A stretch of DNA of 64,000 bases from Desulfurococcales archaeon (lineage in GTDB: Archaea; Thermoproteota; Thermoprotei_A; Sulfolobales; Desulfurococcaceae): the NCBI GenBank assembly GCA_027022365.1, contig JALVYU010000026.1, forward strand, positions 480,001-544,000. The letters run 5' to 3'. The notes under the pieces are model-generated. The model had not been told where the DNA came from. It worked only from the letters and a program-made list of their open reading frames with translations, and made no database searches. The translations under genes and the position numbers were made by a program. This document shows positions 33,409-42,865 of the stretch, piece after piece; positions within the stretch are counted from its first letter, which is position 1; each line of letters begins with the position of its first letter.

Positions 33409-33936
33409 GTGATGTCTGCTCCTATTAGTAAACAATATAATAGAGAAACGGAGCCAAACACTCATAATAATGTATTATATAATAGGGAGCGTGTAAACAG
33501 TTTACAGTATGTAAACATTTCTCTTAATAATAAATTAGATAATAAGACATTGCTAGGATTAACAGATACTATTAGTGTAAGAGTGCCGCTTCTTTACAAG
33601 TTGTTATTTAAGGAGATAAGAAAGGATCCTTTGAAATGGAGAGTGTTCAAGGAATCTCTTCTATCATTGATAAAGAGTATTAGTGAGAGCAATATCGAGC
33701 CAAGCACTAATGTGAATATTCAGTTATCACCAACGATAGTTATAAACAATGTCAAGGTCAAGGCAGAAGCAAAAACAGAGATCAGCATTGATGTTGATAG
33801 TGTTCTTAACGAGATTGCTAAGCTTAAACGCTTGATTAGTAACTGGGCTAGGATGAGGAAGATACCGCCAGCAGCCTACGATACTGCTTCTAATTTGATC
33901 AAAGCAATCGAGAAACAACTCAAAGCGGTGAATTGA
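33409..33936 (+). CDS. provirus protein with RHH-like segment
   Basis: TISVRVPLLYKLLF strand-helix pattern; Asn-rich repetitive N-terminus. Confidence 0.6.
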   Translation: MMSAPISKQYNRETEPNTHNNVLYNRERVNSLQYVNISLNNKLDNKTLLGLTDTISVRVPLLYKLLFKEIRKDPLKWRVFKESLLSLIKSISESNIEPSTNVNIQLSPTIVINNVKVKAEAKTEISIDVDSVLNEIAKLKRLISNWARMRKIPPAAYDTASNLIKAIEKQLKAVN

Positions 33937-33939
33937 GCC

Positions 33940-34494
33940 ATGAAATATGTTATTATTAAGCCTCGTGCCGGCGGAACAGCGTTCTGGAGAAGCATGATCC
34001 ATTGCTTAAGGGAAGGAGAACATAGAGTTCTACGGTTGAAGCTACATAGCAGGGCTTACTTGTATTTATTCCCAATAGAATCCGTCGATCTCGAGCAAAT
34101 TATTACATGGAACTATCTAGTTGCGGATGTAGAGAAGATTAGCTGGGAGTGGGACGGGCGGGAAGAAATCATCATCGAGAAAAAGAAAATAAAGTATATT
34201 GATGAATGGGTATTTGAAAACGAGTCCTGGATCATAAAAGTTAGAACAAGGGACAACGAGTACACAGTCTATCCTAATAGGAGAATAGAGCAGCTTACCG
34301 GTCAGAATCAGAGCCTGAGTAATAGCAGCTATAGAACAGTATCCGATACTGATGTTCCAGGTGTACAGTCTCAAACACTAAGGTCCTCGAGAACCACAGA
34401 ATCAAACTCTGAGATAGGACCTGATACGGTATCTGATTCTGAACCAGGTCCTGGATCTGCAGAATCCGAGACCGAACACCTGGATAGGTGGTGA
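33940..34494 (+). CDS. provirus hypothetical protein with S/T/acidic tail
   Basis: GGTGA RBS, operon packing. Confidence 0.7.
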   Translation: MKYVIIKPRAGGTAFWRSMIHCLREGEHRVLRLKLHSRAYLYLFPIESVDLEQIITWNYLVADVEKISWEWDGREEIIIEKKKIKYIDEWVFENESWIIKVRTRDNEYTVYPNRRIEQLTGQNQSLSNSSYRTVSDTDVPGVQSQTLRSSRTTESNSEIGPDTVSDSEPGPGSAESETEHLDRW

Positions 34495-34498
34495 ACTA

Positions 34499-35032
34499 AT
34501 GAGCTCGGTTAAGGCTAAGCGTTTGAAACAGGAATTCCGTAGCAAGTGGCGTGATGGCGTTATCCGTGAATGGATTGTTAAGCAGCTGCTAGACCTGATA
34601 TTCCTACAGAAGAAGCTACCATATAGGATCCTATGGACTGGTGTAGGGGCTGGAAACGCTGAGCATGTAGATGAAAACTATGATTCACCATTAAACGCCT
34701 TCGACCTGGTTATAGTTAATGAAAACATGAAGATACTAGCATACCTAGAAGTAACGGGTACAAATGATCTCTGCAGGGGAGAAGAACTATGTATTGGTGC
34801 CTGGAAGCTCTTCAAGGCTGAGCGCTTCAATGTTCAGGATAAGGTATGGTATATCCATGTATTGAGTAGCAAGATCCCTATCAGGGTAATTAGTTATGCT
34901 AGGCTGAAGAAGATAAGTAGCTTCAGAGTACTACAGGAAACAAGCCTAGTACATGGAAAATTCTATTGTTCACCTGTAAACAAGTGGGGTTCGATCAGCG
35001 ATCTAATAAGATGGCTCAGGGTGAGAAAATGA
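34499..35032 (+). CDS. putative PD-(D/E)xK-fold nuclease
   Basis: REWIV helix, FDLVI...AYLEVTG, W-K-L motif; canonical Lys absent. Confidence 0.45.
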   Translation: MSSVKAKRLKQEFRSKWRDGVIREWIVKQLLDLIFLQKKLPYRILWTGVGAGNAEHVDENYDSPLNAFDLVIVNENMKILAYLEVTGTNDLCRGEELCIGAWKLFKAERFNVQDKVWYIHVLSSKIPIRVISYARLKKISSFRVLQETSLVHGKFYCSPVNKWGSISDLIRWLRVRK

Positions 35033-35268
35033 TAACGCAGAAGAAAGTAGTTGAAGCAGTCAATGAATTCAATAGAATAAGCAATCACACGATCAGAAAA
35101 TACATATACGAGCTGATGGAACTACTCGATGACCATGAATTACTAACAATAATAATGAATAATGTGAAAGACTTTGGAATAAGGAAAAAAGCATACGAGA
35201 TACTACAGAAACGCATTAAACAAGTTAATAATAATGGCTTGGAACATGACTATGCTGTAAAACACTAA
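35029..35268 (+). CDS. provirus hypothetical protein
   Basis: ATGA overlap start MITQKKVVEAV. Confidence 0.6.
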   Translation: MITQKKVVEAVNEFNRISNHTIRKYIYELMELLDDHELLTIIMNNVKDFGIRKKAYEILQKRIKQVNNNGLEHDYAVKH

Positions 35269-35463
35269 TAGTTTCTTATCCATACTAAAATAAAGATAAA
35301 CACCCAGGCCTATCTTAAACAATAGAAGCAAAAACCAGTTATGCAACAAGAGATTAACTACAGGATTAAGCTCTCTGGCCCCACTTCTAATAGCTAAGTA
35401 AGTAGTTAAAACATCTAGAAGCTGTAATCCTACAATATATATGAGTAAGAGTTTATTCTTCAT
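35203..35463 (-). CDS. DUF5658-like small membrane protein
   Basis: LLDVLTTYLAI..GA.ELNP motif, 3 TM segments; common in archaeal mobile elements. Confidence 0.75.
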   Translation of the reverse strand: MKNKLLLIYIVGLQLLDVLTTYLAIRSGARELNPVVNLLLHNWFLLLLFKIGLGVYLYFSMDKKLLVFYSIVMFQAIIINLFNAFL

Positions 35464-36256
35464 AGAAAGCTCTCCACTTTAGTTCTTGTTTAAGCTTCTT
35501 CCACTCCTCATAGATGTAATCCATTATTTTACTCGGGCCTATTTCACGAGAAGCCATTATCAGTTTAGTGTATAGGTTTAGGTAAGCATTTCTTATCTTC
35601 TCGTATTCATTATAGTTAGGGGTTCTCAGCACAATGTGATCTACATATATGTTTGCACTATCCCAGTAGAATTTACCCCATTCCGTATATCTTTCTCTCC
35701 TAACTTGTATCTCTGCAATGCTCTGGGGAGTCTTATGGTTAGATGTCCCGTTCCTTATCATTCTTACTCTGAACTTATAGAGATTACCATTATTCTTGAT
35801 GTTTCGTGGTAAACTATACTCGCTAGTCATAGTCATTAGCACAGCTCCGATATTAACTCTTAGCGTCTCAAACGCTCCACGAATACCGATACTCATAGGA
35901 TGCCATGAAGTCCTTTTCAACAGCTCCATCCAAATACCCGCATCATCCCAGATAAGAATGGGTATCCATATATTGTTTCTCTGCAAATAATCAACGGCTT
36001 GTTGAAAATCAAAGGGAGTAAACACTATAAACTTGAGAACTTGATCCCAATCTCGGATAAACTCGTAAGCCACTTTCATAGCATAAATACTCTTGCCCGC
36101 ACCAGTCTTACCATAGATCCCAACTATTGTACCACTATTATAGGTCTTTATCTCGATAAACAAGAGCCTACTAAGGTTCTTTCTAGGCTTAGCAATGTTT
36201 AAACTAGGTAAGGGTATGGGGGTACCCCCCTCAATATATGTCAATTTTTCTACCAT
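35453..36256 (-). CDS. P-loop ATPase, fusellovirus B251-like
   Basis: GKTGAGKS.YA.KVA, IPILIWDDAGIW, RNG....TP.S.A.I match SSV1 B251 as recalled. Confidence 0.8.
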   Translation of the reverse strand: MVEKLTYIEGGTPIPLPSLNIAKPRKNLSRLLFIEIKTYNSGTIVGIYGKTGAGKSIYAMKVAYEFIRDWDQVLKFIVFTPFDFQQAVDYLQRNNIWIPILIWDDAGIWMELLKRTSWHPMSIGIRGAFETLRVNIGAVLMTMTSEYSLPRNIKNNGNLYKFRVRMIRNGTSNHKTPQSIAEIQVRRERYTEWGKFYWDSANIYVDHIVLRTPNYNEYEKIRNAYLNLYTKLIMASREIGPSKIMDYIYEEWKKLKQELKWRAFYEE

Positions 36257-36687
36257 TCACCTTCTCCCTCAAATGTTTCTTGCCTACGCTTTATACGTGA
36301 AAGACTAATGTTTTGGAGTATTCTCCAGGCTCTGCCGCCTGCTATCGCTATGAGTTCTTTGACGCCCTTTCTCTTGTGTGCTCTCTTAAAGATGACATAG
36401 TTTCTAATGAAGTTGATTAGGATTGGGTCTGGTATTAGCTCGCTTATAGCCTTAAGCGTTGCCAGTGCTTTTACTTCTCCGCCCGATAATTCCGTAAGAG
36501 TATACTTGGCTAAGCCCCTTGGATTAACCAACAACTCCACTGCTTTCTTCTGTCCCGCTGCGAGATCTCCTTCGAGGCCTTCCCAGAAGTCTTCTTCCTC
36601 ATCATCGAGTATCGGTAGACTAAAGTCCTGTATATCCAAGTCATCGGCTTCTTCTTTTTCTTTCCTTTTCTTCTTAGACTTAGCCAT
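36250..36687 (-). CDS. fusellovirus A154-like protein
   Basis: Acidic N-region, AVELLVNP...LSGGEV, K.KG.KELI; directly upstream of B251-like gene as in SSV1/pSSVx. Confidence 0.6.
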   Translation of the reverse strand: MAKSKKKRKEKEEADDLDIQDFSLPILDDEEEDFWEGLEGDLAAGQKKAVELLVNPRGLAKYTLTELSGGEVKALATLKAISELIPDPILINFIRNYVIFKRAHKRKGVKELIAIAGGRAWRILQNISLSRIKRRQETFEGEGEW

Positions 36688-36688
36688 G

Positions 36689-36817
36689 TTATTCGCCCCA
36701 ATAATTACTCAACTCCTCATAGTCTCTCTCGTTAAGCTCTTCCCTCAATAGAAAATATTCTAGTAGAAAAGCCGCCTTTCCCAAGGCTTTAAGAATCATG
36801 AACCTATAATACGCCAT
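36689..36817 (-). CDS. provirus small protein (42 aa, not in track)
   Basis: MAYYRFMILKALGKAAFLLEYFLLREELNERDYEELSNYWGE; GGTGA RBS; fills operon gap. Confidence 0.6.
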   Translation of the reverse strand: MAYYRFMILKALGKAAFLLEYFLLREELNERDYEELSNYWGE

Positions 36818-36822
36818 TTTAT

Positions 36823-37368
36823 TCACCTTATGATAATGCTATGACCGAGCAATGGTAAAACGAAGAAGATCAACAATATGATGATAACCATTCCAGTAAA
36901 CATATATAATATAGCTTCTCCCTTTGAGACGGTGATCTTTCCTAGCAATTTATGTATTGAGTGGCTAGCAATGTAGTTGTACAGAGTTCTTGGATTCAAT
37001 ACTACAGGGTTGAGTTTTCCGGTTTTAACATCTTTAGGCGGATCCTCAAACTGGTATAATGCATTAGTATTAGCGTCAAGTATGTAGAGCTGATAAGTGT
37101 TTCTACCCATTCTCAGGAGATATGGTTCCTTCTTCTCGACTCTATACAGCTTGTTCTTATCAACTATTATTGTCCCGTCCTCGAAAACCATAGCGTTTTT
37201 CTTCAACTCTATGATGTCGCCGTTTCTAATCATTACTACAGCTTTACCTATTTTCTTGATCTCGTTCTTGTTCATTGTTTTGCTCGGTAGTTGTGAATAC
37301 ATCACCTTAGCAATCGGATAGACAAGGATCAGCAATATCACTAGTAGGAAATACAGTATCCATTCCAT
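36823..37368 (-). CDS. membrane protein with N- and C-terminal TM helices, possibly SSV C166-like
   Basis: TM-soluble-TM topology; PY...MGR and LNP...KLLG segments (similarity from recall). Confidence 0.55.
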   Translation of the reverse strand: MEWILYFLLVILLILVYPIAKVMYSQLPSKTMNKNEIKKIGKAVVMIRNGDIIELKKNAMVFEDGTIIVDKNKLYRVEKKEPYLLRMGRNTYQLYILDANTNALYQFEDPPKDVKTGKLNPVVLNPRTLYNYIASHSIHKLLGKITVSKGEAILYMFTGMVIIILLIFFVLPLLGHSIIIR

Positions 37369-37475
37369 AAGATCACCAAGAACTAGTTTATCTCAGCCCT
37401 TATAAGAGCCGAAAAGCTCACGTAAGCTATCATCAGCTTTTCACAGGATATATTTTTAATTCCAAGTTCTTCTCG

Positions 37476-38666
37476 GTGAGAGAGTGTATGAAGCACTACT
37501 TACCATTATTACTGTTACTGCTTATCTTGCCTGGTATACTAGTAACTGGTTCTACAACTACAACTCAAATAGGTCCAGGCGTAGATACTCAAAGAAGTGA
37601 TGCCCAATGGTACTATTTCGGACCGATGACATACGATATGTATCCATTCGGAGACATCTACATAGAGTTCCATGTTCCAGCTAATGGAACATATACATTC
37701 TATATTGGGTGGGGTACGGTTGAGCAGCATGCAAGCGGATATATTCAGTTCGAGCTAACGGATAATAATAACAATTACATTAAAGATACAACAATAACAT
37801 TCAGCGATGGAGTAGAGTTCCACACAGAACAACTATTCAGCGTTTATTTAACCAAGGGAACGTATAGGCTATGGATAAAGCCCCATTTCACAGACGGATC
37901 CCTTATGCTGCTAAGCTATGACCCTTCAACAGATCCCAGCAACAGCTACTACAATCATCCACAAAATGGCTGGATCCAGCTAAGGGATCTAGCCTGGTAT
38001 GCACTATATGATAATAGTGCAGGATCCGGAAGTACAGGCACAACCAGTATCCCAGAACCCAGGGCAGTTTATAATCCGAACGACATATGGAGCGACTCTA
38101 ACTATGTATATGTAAAGATCACTATTTGGAACTGGAAAAACGGGACAACAATAACAATCTATAGATACGATGAGATCCTAGACACATATACAGATAAACA
38201 ACAATTCATAGTTCAAAATACTGGTAAACAAACAATAATCGCAAAATTCAAGCGGATCAATGGTGGAGAATACTCTGGTGATTACATCTATATCCAGGGC
38301 TATGATCTCAACGGAAACTATTATAGTATGAGACTGCAGCGCTTTAACATAACAGTAGCCCCTAAGGGATGGCTAGATGAAATCAAGCAATGGTTCCAGG
38401 CACTATACAGTTATGCAGGCCTAGCTTTTGCAACCGTTAAAGCAATAGTACCGTATGCTGGGATATTCTATATGTTAGCATTGACTGGAGTATTATTTCA
38501 ATGTATAAAAGAACTAAGCATCACGCCATTATTCGATTTCTTCTACAAGCAGTATACTATGCTTGTAAGCCTGGCCAATTTTGCCATAAAAATAGCCCAG
38601 ATAATATATAATGGTTTTAAGGCATTAGCACAAGCCATTATCTCAATTATTACTAGCCTAGTCTAA
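37476..38666 (+). CDS. secreted beta-rich protein with C-terminal membrane domain; putative adsorption/tip protein
   Basis: Signal peptide, Y/T/N-rich beta domains, GSGSTGTTS linker, hydrophobic/amphipathic C-terminus. Confidence 0.65.
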   Translation: MRECMKHYLPLLLLLLILPGILVTGSTTTTQIGPGVDTQRSDAQWYYFGPMTYDMYPFGDIYIEFHVPANGTYTFYIGWGTVEQHASGYIQFELTDNNNNYIKDTTITFSDGVEFHTEQLFSVYLTKGTYRLWIKPHFTDGSLMLLSYDPSTDPSNSYYNHPQNGWIQLRDLAWYALYDNSAGSGSTGTTSIPEPRAVYNPNDIWSDSNYVYVKITIWNWKNGTTITIYRYDEILDTYTDKQQFIVQNTGKQTIIAKFKRINGGEYSGDYIYIQGYDLNGNYYSMRLQRFNITVAPKGWLDEIKQWFQALYSYAGLAFATVKAIVPYAGIFYMLALTGVLFQCIKELSITPLFDFFYKQYTMLVSLANFAIKIAQIIYNGFKALAQAIISIITSLV

Positions 38667-38767
38667 AACATATCCCACAATAATTTTAACAACCTGTATG
38701 TTAAATAGCCTAAGCCTATGCATGATATGACTACTATTATAACCATAACGGGATCATCATACCACAT
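38663..38767 (-). CDS. 34-aa single-TM protein (not in track), minor-coat-like
   Basis: MWYDDPVMVIIVVISCIGLGYLTYRLLKLLWDMF; TAATG coupling to upstream ORF. Confidence 0.65.
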   Translation of the reverse strand: MWYDDPVMVIIVVISCIGLGYLTYRLLKLLWDMF

Positions 38768-39066
38768 TATCGGTACACCTGGATAGGCTCCTCGATAACC
38801 GTTATGCCTAGTTCTCTCAGCTTATTTTTCAAAATAGAAATGCGGTTATCGTTAGCCCCATCTACTTGCACAACAAGTTTATACTTGTTAGGCGGATAAA
38901 TATCGGATACGCTGAATAACCATGTTGATAGCTTTACAAGCAGTAAGCCCGGCAATCGGTTCCTAAACCCCTGTGATACTTCGATCTTTCCTGTCGATCT
39001 ATTTATTAAATAGGCTTTGAGAATAATCGGTGGGTTTACTGGTTTACCGCCCACACGGATCACCAA
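38767..39066 (-). CDS. provirus hypothetical protein
   Basis: ORF with upstream TATA, coupled to the 34-aa ORF. Confidence 0.65.
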   Translation of the reverse strand: MVIRVGGKPVNPPIILKAYLINRSTGKIEVSQGFRNRLPGLLLVKLSTWLFSVSDIYPPNKYKLVVQVDGANDNRISILKNKLRELGITVIEEPIQVYR

Positions 39067-39184
39067 GTTTAGCCTATATAAATAGCCGATATAAAAGCTG
39101 AAAAGCTTATGATAGCTTGGCTGAGCATTGTATAGTTTCTCGTGTTATATATACTCCCAACCGAAACTATTCTAGGTGATATAA

Positions 39185-39424
39185 ATGTTTGGAAGAGTGA
39201 AGGCTAAATTATCTGGCCTTAGGCTTCGAGCAAAGATGATAAAGTACATGGCAGTAATAGCCTTAACACTTGGAGAAACAACTACTATTGACAGCACACA
39301 GTTCACTAACATGATAAACAGCATGCTACCGCTCATACTAGGAATGATAGGTATAGCATTACCGCTAATCTTCATTAAGTACATTATGCGTTTCCTCGAG
39401 AAAATCCTCAGCGGATTCGGCTAA
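39185..39424 (+). CDS. putative major coat protein precursor (79 aa)
   Basis: Basic leader, hydrophobic VIALTLG, polar/acidic ETTTIDST, TM helix, basic amphipathic end; GGTGA RBS. Confidence 0.6.
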   Translation: MFGRVKAKLSGLRLRAKMIKYMAVIALTLGETTTIDSTQFTNMINSMLPLILGMIGIALPLIFIKYIMRFLEKILSGFG

Positions 39425-39463
39425 CGCTAACATCACAGTAGCAATATTAATAGGTGATCAGGA

Positions 39464-40135
39464 ATGCAAACAAGCAAGCTAATACCATTTGTTTTCATAA
39501 TTGTCCTAACACTTGGCATTACTTGGGGAGCTTATCAAACACTTGAACAGATAAGTATCCCCTATACAACGTTTAGATCAACTGGTATAACCTGGTATCC
39601 GTTAAGCAAAGCATATGACACGAATCATTTGCTAATAGGTATTCAGCCAGTCAATATACAGTTTAACAGTACAGCAACACAGAAGAAAATTGTAATAGAG
39701 ATTGCTGGATCTGATGCTTCAAACCATCTCGACCTGGCGTTCTATGATAATGGCATAATAGATATTGTTGGAACAACATCATCGGGAGCAACAAAATTAG
39801 CTGATACATCAAGCAGCGGCGTAAAATGGCAGGATACAAACTTTATCATCGTTGAGATAACAGGTACGACTGTAAAGGTAGAGACGGATAACGGAACCGT
39901 ATTGGCAAGTGTTACATGGGATAACATGCCCTCGACAATAGAGCAGATCGGCGGTAGTGCCGGAGTAGATTCGTTAACTGGCGGAACGGTTTATGTTGCT
40001 ATACTATATGATCCATACCAGTCAATAACTAGCTCGATGACATCAATGTTTCCACTGGTTGCTGTGATGATAGGTATTGCAATACCACTACTGTTCCTGA
40101 AGATGATCATGAGATTCCTAAACAAGATATTCTAG
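39464..40135 (+). CDS. coat-protein paralog with inserted beta-sandwich (ConA/LamG-like) domain
   Basis: C-terminal 29 aa are 20/29 identical to the 79-aa protein; shared LTLG near N-terminus. Confidence 0.7.
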   Translation: MQTSKLIPFVFIIVLTLGITWGAYQTLEQISIPYTTFRSTGITWYPLSKAYDTNHLLIGIQPVNIQFNSTATQKKIVIEIAGSDASNHLDLAFYDNGIIDIVGTTSSGATKLADTSSSGVKWQDTNFIIVEITGTTVKVETDNGTVLASVTWDNMPSTIEQIGGSAGVDSLTGGTVYVAILYDPYQSITSSMTSMFPLVAVMIGIAIPLLFLKMIMRFLNKIF

Positions 40136-40172
40136 TCTTTTTTCTTCACTAACATTATTATGGGGGTACGCA

Positions 40173-41150
40173 TTGAAGTATTTGCCTGTATTTTTGATGA
40201 TACTCATAGTTTTATCGGGTCTAGGAATAACTTTTCTGAATAATAGTCCCAATTACAGCTATAGCTTGGATAAGAATGATTTGAGGCATTTCCTTGAATC
40301 GCAATATATACCAAGCATTGGATTGCTCAGAGCAGCTACAACTACATATCCTGATAACATTACAATATATATTTCCAACGATAATGTCTTGGCTGCGAGA
40401 GCCTTAGCCGTTCTCGGATCACCATTAGCTTCAAAGGTCTTAACAATTCTAAATAATAATTTCAGCGGTGGATGGAATGGCAAAATAGATATACTGCTTG
40501 GTAGGGATATACCGGACAACTTCTACTCTAGCTATAACGAGCTTGTTAAAGAAGATGACGGTTACAGAATTGTCTGGGAAAAACTAAATACTTCTATCAT
40601 CATAACTGACTGGTATAACTACGCTGATCTCCTAGTATATCATGCCCTGGACAGACTATTATGGGGTTCTAGGCCTGAGGCCGAGAAATCGTTTCTTAAT
40701 TTAACCAAAATGTGGGATGGATATGGTTTCCGGGATAAGCCTACAAGCGAAACCGGTGTCTATGCAGTCTACAAGTGCGCTCTTTTCATTTATCTCTATA
40801 GAGCGCTAGAAGCAGCAGGTTCTAACGTTATCTACCGTTATAGAGATATCTATGAGAAATGCCTAGAAATAATAGCAAAAGCACAGGACGCCATTAAAGG
40901 CGGTATTCATACAGATTATCGTATAGTTAATGGAAGAATTATTATCCAAGGAGACATGAATACTGAGACGACCAGCATGGTAGTATTAGCATTGTACTCA
41001 AACTATCCAGTCGTGATAGGATCCCATGCTAAATCGTCTCAGAGACTAGTGCCTGGATATGTCTATAGTTTTGGATATAATATTTTGGCGTGGACATTAT
41101 CATTTGTTGTATTTGGGGCAGTTACTAGATTCTTAAGGAAGCTGATGTAA
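40173..41150 (+). CDS. secreted alpha-helical (alpha/alpha barrel-like) protein with C-terminal anchor
   Basis: Signal peptide; WDG.G, GG...Y, NTETT motifs; ends TM + RFLRKLM. Confidence 0.65.
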   Translation: MKYLPVFLMILIVLSGLGITFLNNSPNYSYSLDKNDLRHFLESQYIPSIGLLRAATTTYPDNITIYISNDNVLAARALAVLGSPLASKVLTILNNNFSGGWNGKIDILLGRDIPDNFYSSYNELVKEDDGYRIVWEKLNTSIIITDWYNYADLLVYHALDRLLWGSRPEAEKSFLNLTKMWDGYGFRDKPTSETGVYAVYKCALFIYLYRALEAAGSNVIYRYRDIYEKCLEIIAKAQDAIKGGIHTDYRIVNGRIIIQGDMNTETTSMVVLALYSNYPVVIGSHAKSSQRLVPGYVYSFGYNILAWTLSFVVFGAVTRFLRKLM

Positions 41151-41210
41151 GCATTCATAAGCTTTTCGCCAAAAATATGTTCCGCTCCTACCCCTTTCCT
41201 AGGTGGGATA

Positions 41211-42809
41211 ATGCATAAGATCCTAGCCATAGTCCTAATAGGCCTACTGCTCCTGAGCCTACCACTGCAAATAATGATGACAAACGCAAGCAGTACGCCA
41301 TCGCTATCATCGATTAAAAACGCTGTAAAACAAGCCTTGCATTATATTCTTAACATTAAACGTCAACTAGGAACATGGTATGTAATTAGCGAGTATCCAG
41401 CATTACCCATAGTAGTCCATGATGATGACGTATATGTTTATGGTTCATGGCATCATGATATATGGTTTATACCAGGATATTGGTACAACAAAGATGGATT
41501 AAGCTTCACAGGTAAAGTTAGCGGTGGTTCAATAACAACGACTGAATCAACCAGTTATATATCGACAACATATACATACTATATAGACATAATCTACAGC
41601 ACATCATATCATGAATATCCCTTGGCAAAACTCAAGGTTGAGGAAATAAGAACGTACTATTATGGTTCTCATAGTTATGACTCAAAAGTAAAGATCAGCG
41701 TAGAAGATGTTGACACAGATACAAATATACAGAACGCAGACCTATATGTTGGCGGCATCTATTTGGGTAGGCTTGGCGAAGCCTCGATATTTGAGACTAG
41801 TATACCCACAGTATTACCTGCAATGAGGACATCCGTTAGACACGTCGATATGCTCGCTCCCCTAGTCCTTAATGCTCTGAAAACAGATACGACAATAATG
41901 CATATGATAGCTCAATTCGTTAATGACACAATATCATATGTATGGGAAGGAAACCCGCCGCCTACACATGTTTATCTTGGACAATACCCAGACTATAGAC
42001 TGTACTATATATACGACATATACATGCCCATGCTCACCGGACTTGAATACATGGTTAATATCAAACAGCCTAACGGCGATCACTTCTGGGATGCTAAATG
42101 GTTCAGTTATGGTCTAGGATATGATAGAATACGAGACATGTTCAAAGTCAACGGATATATTGAATCGAATTACCCGGCTTATCCATATAGAAGCAAACTT
42201 GTTGGCGGGGCAACGGCTAGCGGCGCTCTACACTTGAATGGCGGCGATCTATTTCTATTTGCGGTGAGCAAAATTAATGATCCATTATATTATGCTTGGT
42301 GGGGACTGTACTATTGTAGCCAAGGAAAATACAATGATGCAGTAAATGAATGGAACAAGATAGTTAGTCATTGGGATGGAAACGGAATATATCTATCCGG
42401 AGAGCGAGGATATAGTACAGTAAGACTTGCGGCCGCTATAGCCTTAGGTTCAATCCTTGCGGGGATGGGTAAAATATCTTGGGACAAGATCGACCAAATG
42501 GTAAATGTCCTACTACAGCTCCAATGGACAGGGATAGGACATTATTCGCCTGATGGCTCAACAGTATACACAATTGTAAAGCCTGATCATATTGGTGGAT
42601 TCCTAGTAAGCTATGGGCCTATAGGAAGCTATGGGTTTGTCCCGTTCAGGCCTAGACTGATCGAAGATATACTAGATTATGCAAGCTCGCCACCAGAGTA
42701 CGGTGGTCCGCTACCCACTAACGCTGAAACAACATTATTGTCAATGATAGCATTAATGCAGTATGCTTACTGGAGATATGACGTGACTCCGGCCGAGCTT
42801 TTACAATAA
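41211..42809 (+). CDS. large secreted protein, C-terminal half paralogous to 40173-41150
   Basis: Signal peptide; WDGNG, GGFLVSY, NAETT motifs; no C-terminal anchor. Confidence 0.7.
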   Translation: MHKILAIVLIGLLLLSLPLQIMMTNASSTPSLSSIKNAVKQALHYILNIKRQLGTWYVISEYPALPIVVHDDDVYVYGSWHHDIWFIPGYWYNKDGLSFTGKVSGGSITTTESTSYISTTYTYYIDIIYSTSYHEYPLAKLKVEEIRTYYYGSHSYDSKVKISVEDVDTDTNIQNADLYVGGIYLGRLGEASIFETSIPTVLPAMRTSVRHVDMLAPLVLNALKTDTTIMHMIAQFVNDTISYVWEGNPPPTHVYLGQYPDYRLYYIYDIYMPMLTGLEYMVNIKQPNGDHFWDAKWFSYGLGYDRIRDMFKVNGYIESNYPAYPYRSKLVGGATASGALHLNGGDLFLFAVSKINDPLYYAWWGLYYCSQGKYNDAVNEWNKIVSHWDGNGIYLSGERGYSTVRLAAAIALGSILAGMGKISWDKIDQMVNVLLQLQWTGIGHYSPDGSTVYTIVKPDHIGGFLVSYGPIGSYGFVPFRPRLIEDILDYASSPPEYGGPLPTNAETTLLSMIALMQYAYWRYDVTPAELLQ

Positions 42810-42865
42810 TCGAGCCAAAAATATCATATAATCTTTTTTCTTAAATTAGGAACCTGTAGGGGTGA

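Noticed and set aside
35453-36256. ATPase as Zot/pI or VirB4/HerA (inovirus or conjugation marker)
   Set aside because: Motifs fit the B251-like family better; no TM anchor and too short for VirB4, so the element is not called a true inovirus or conjugative
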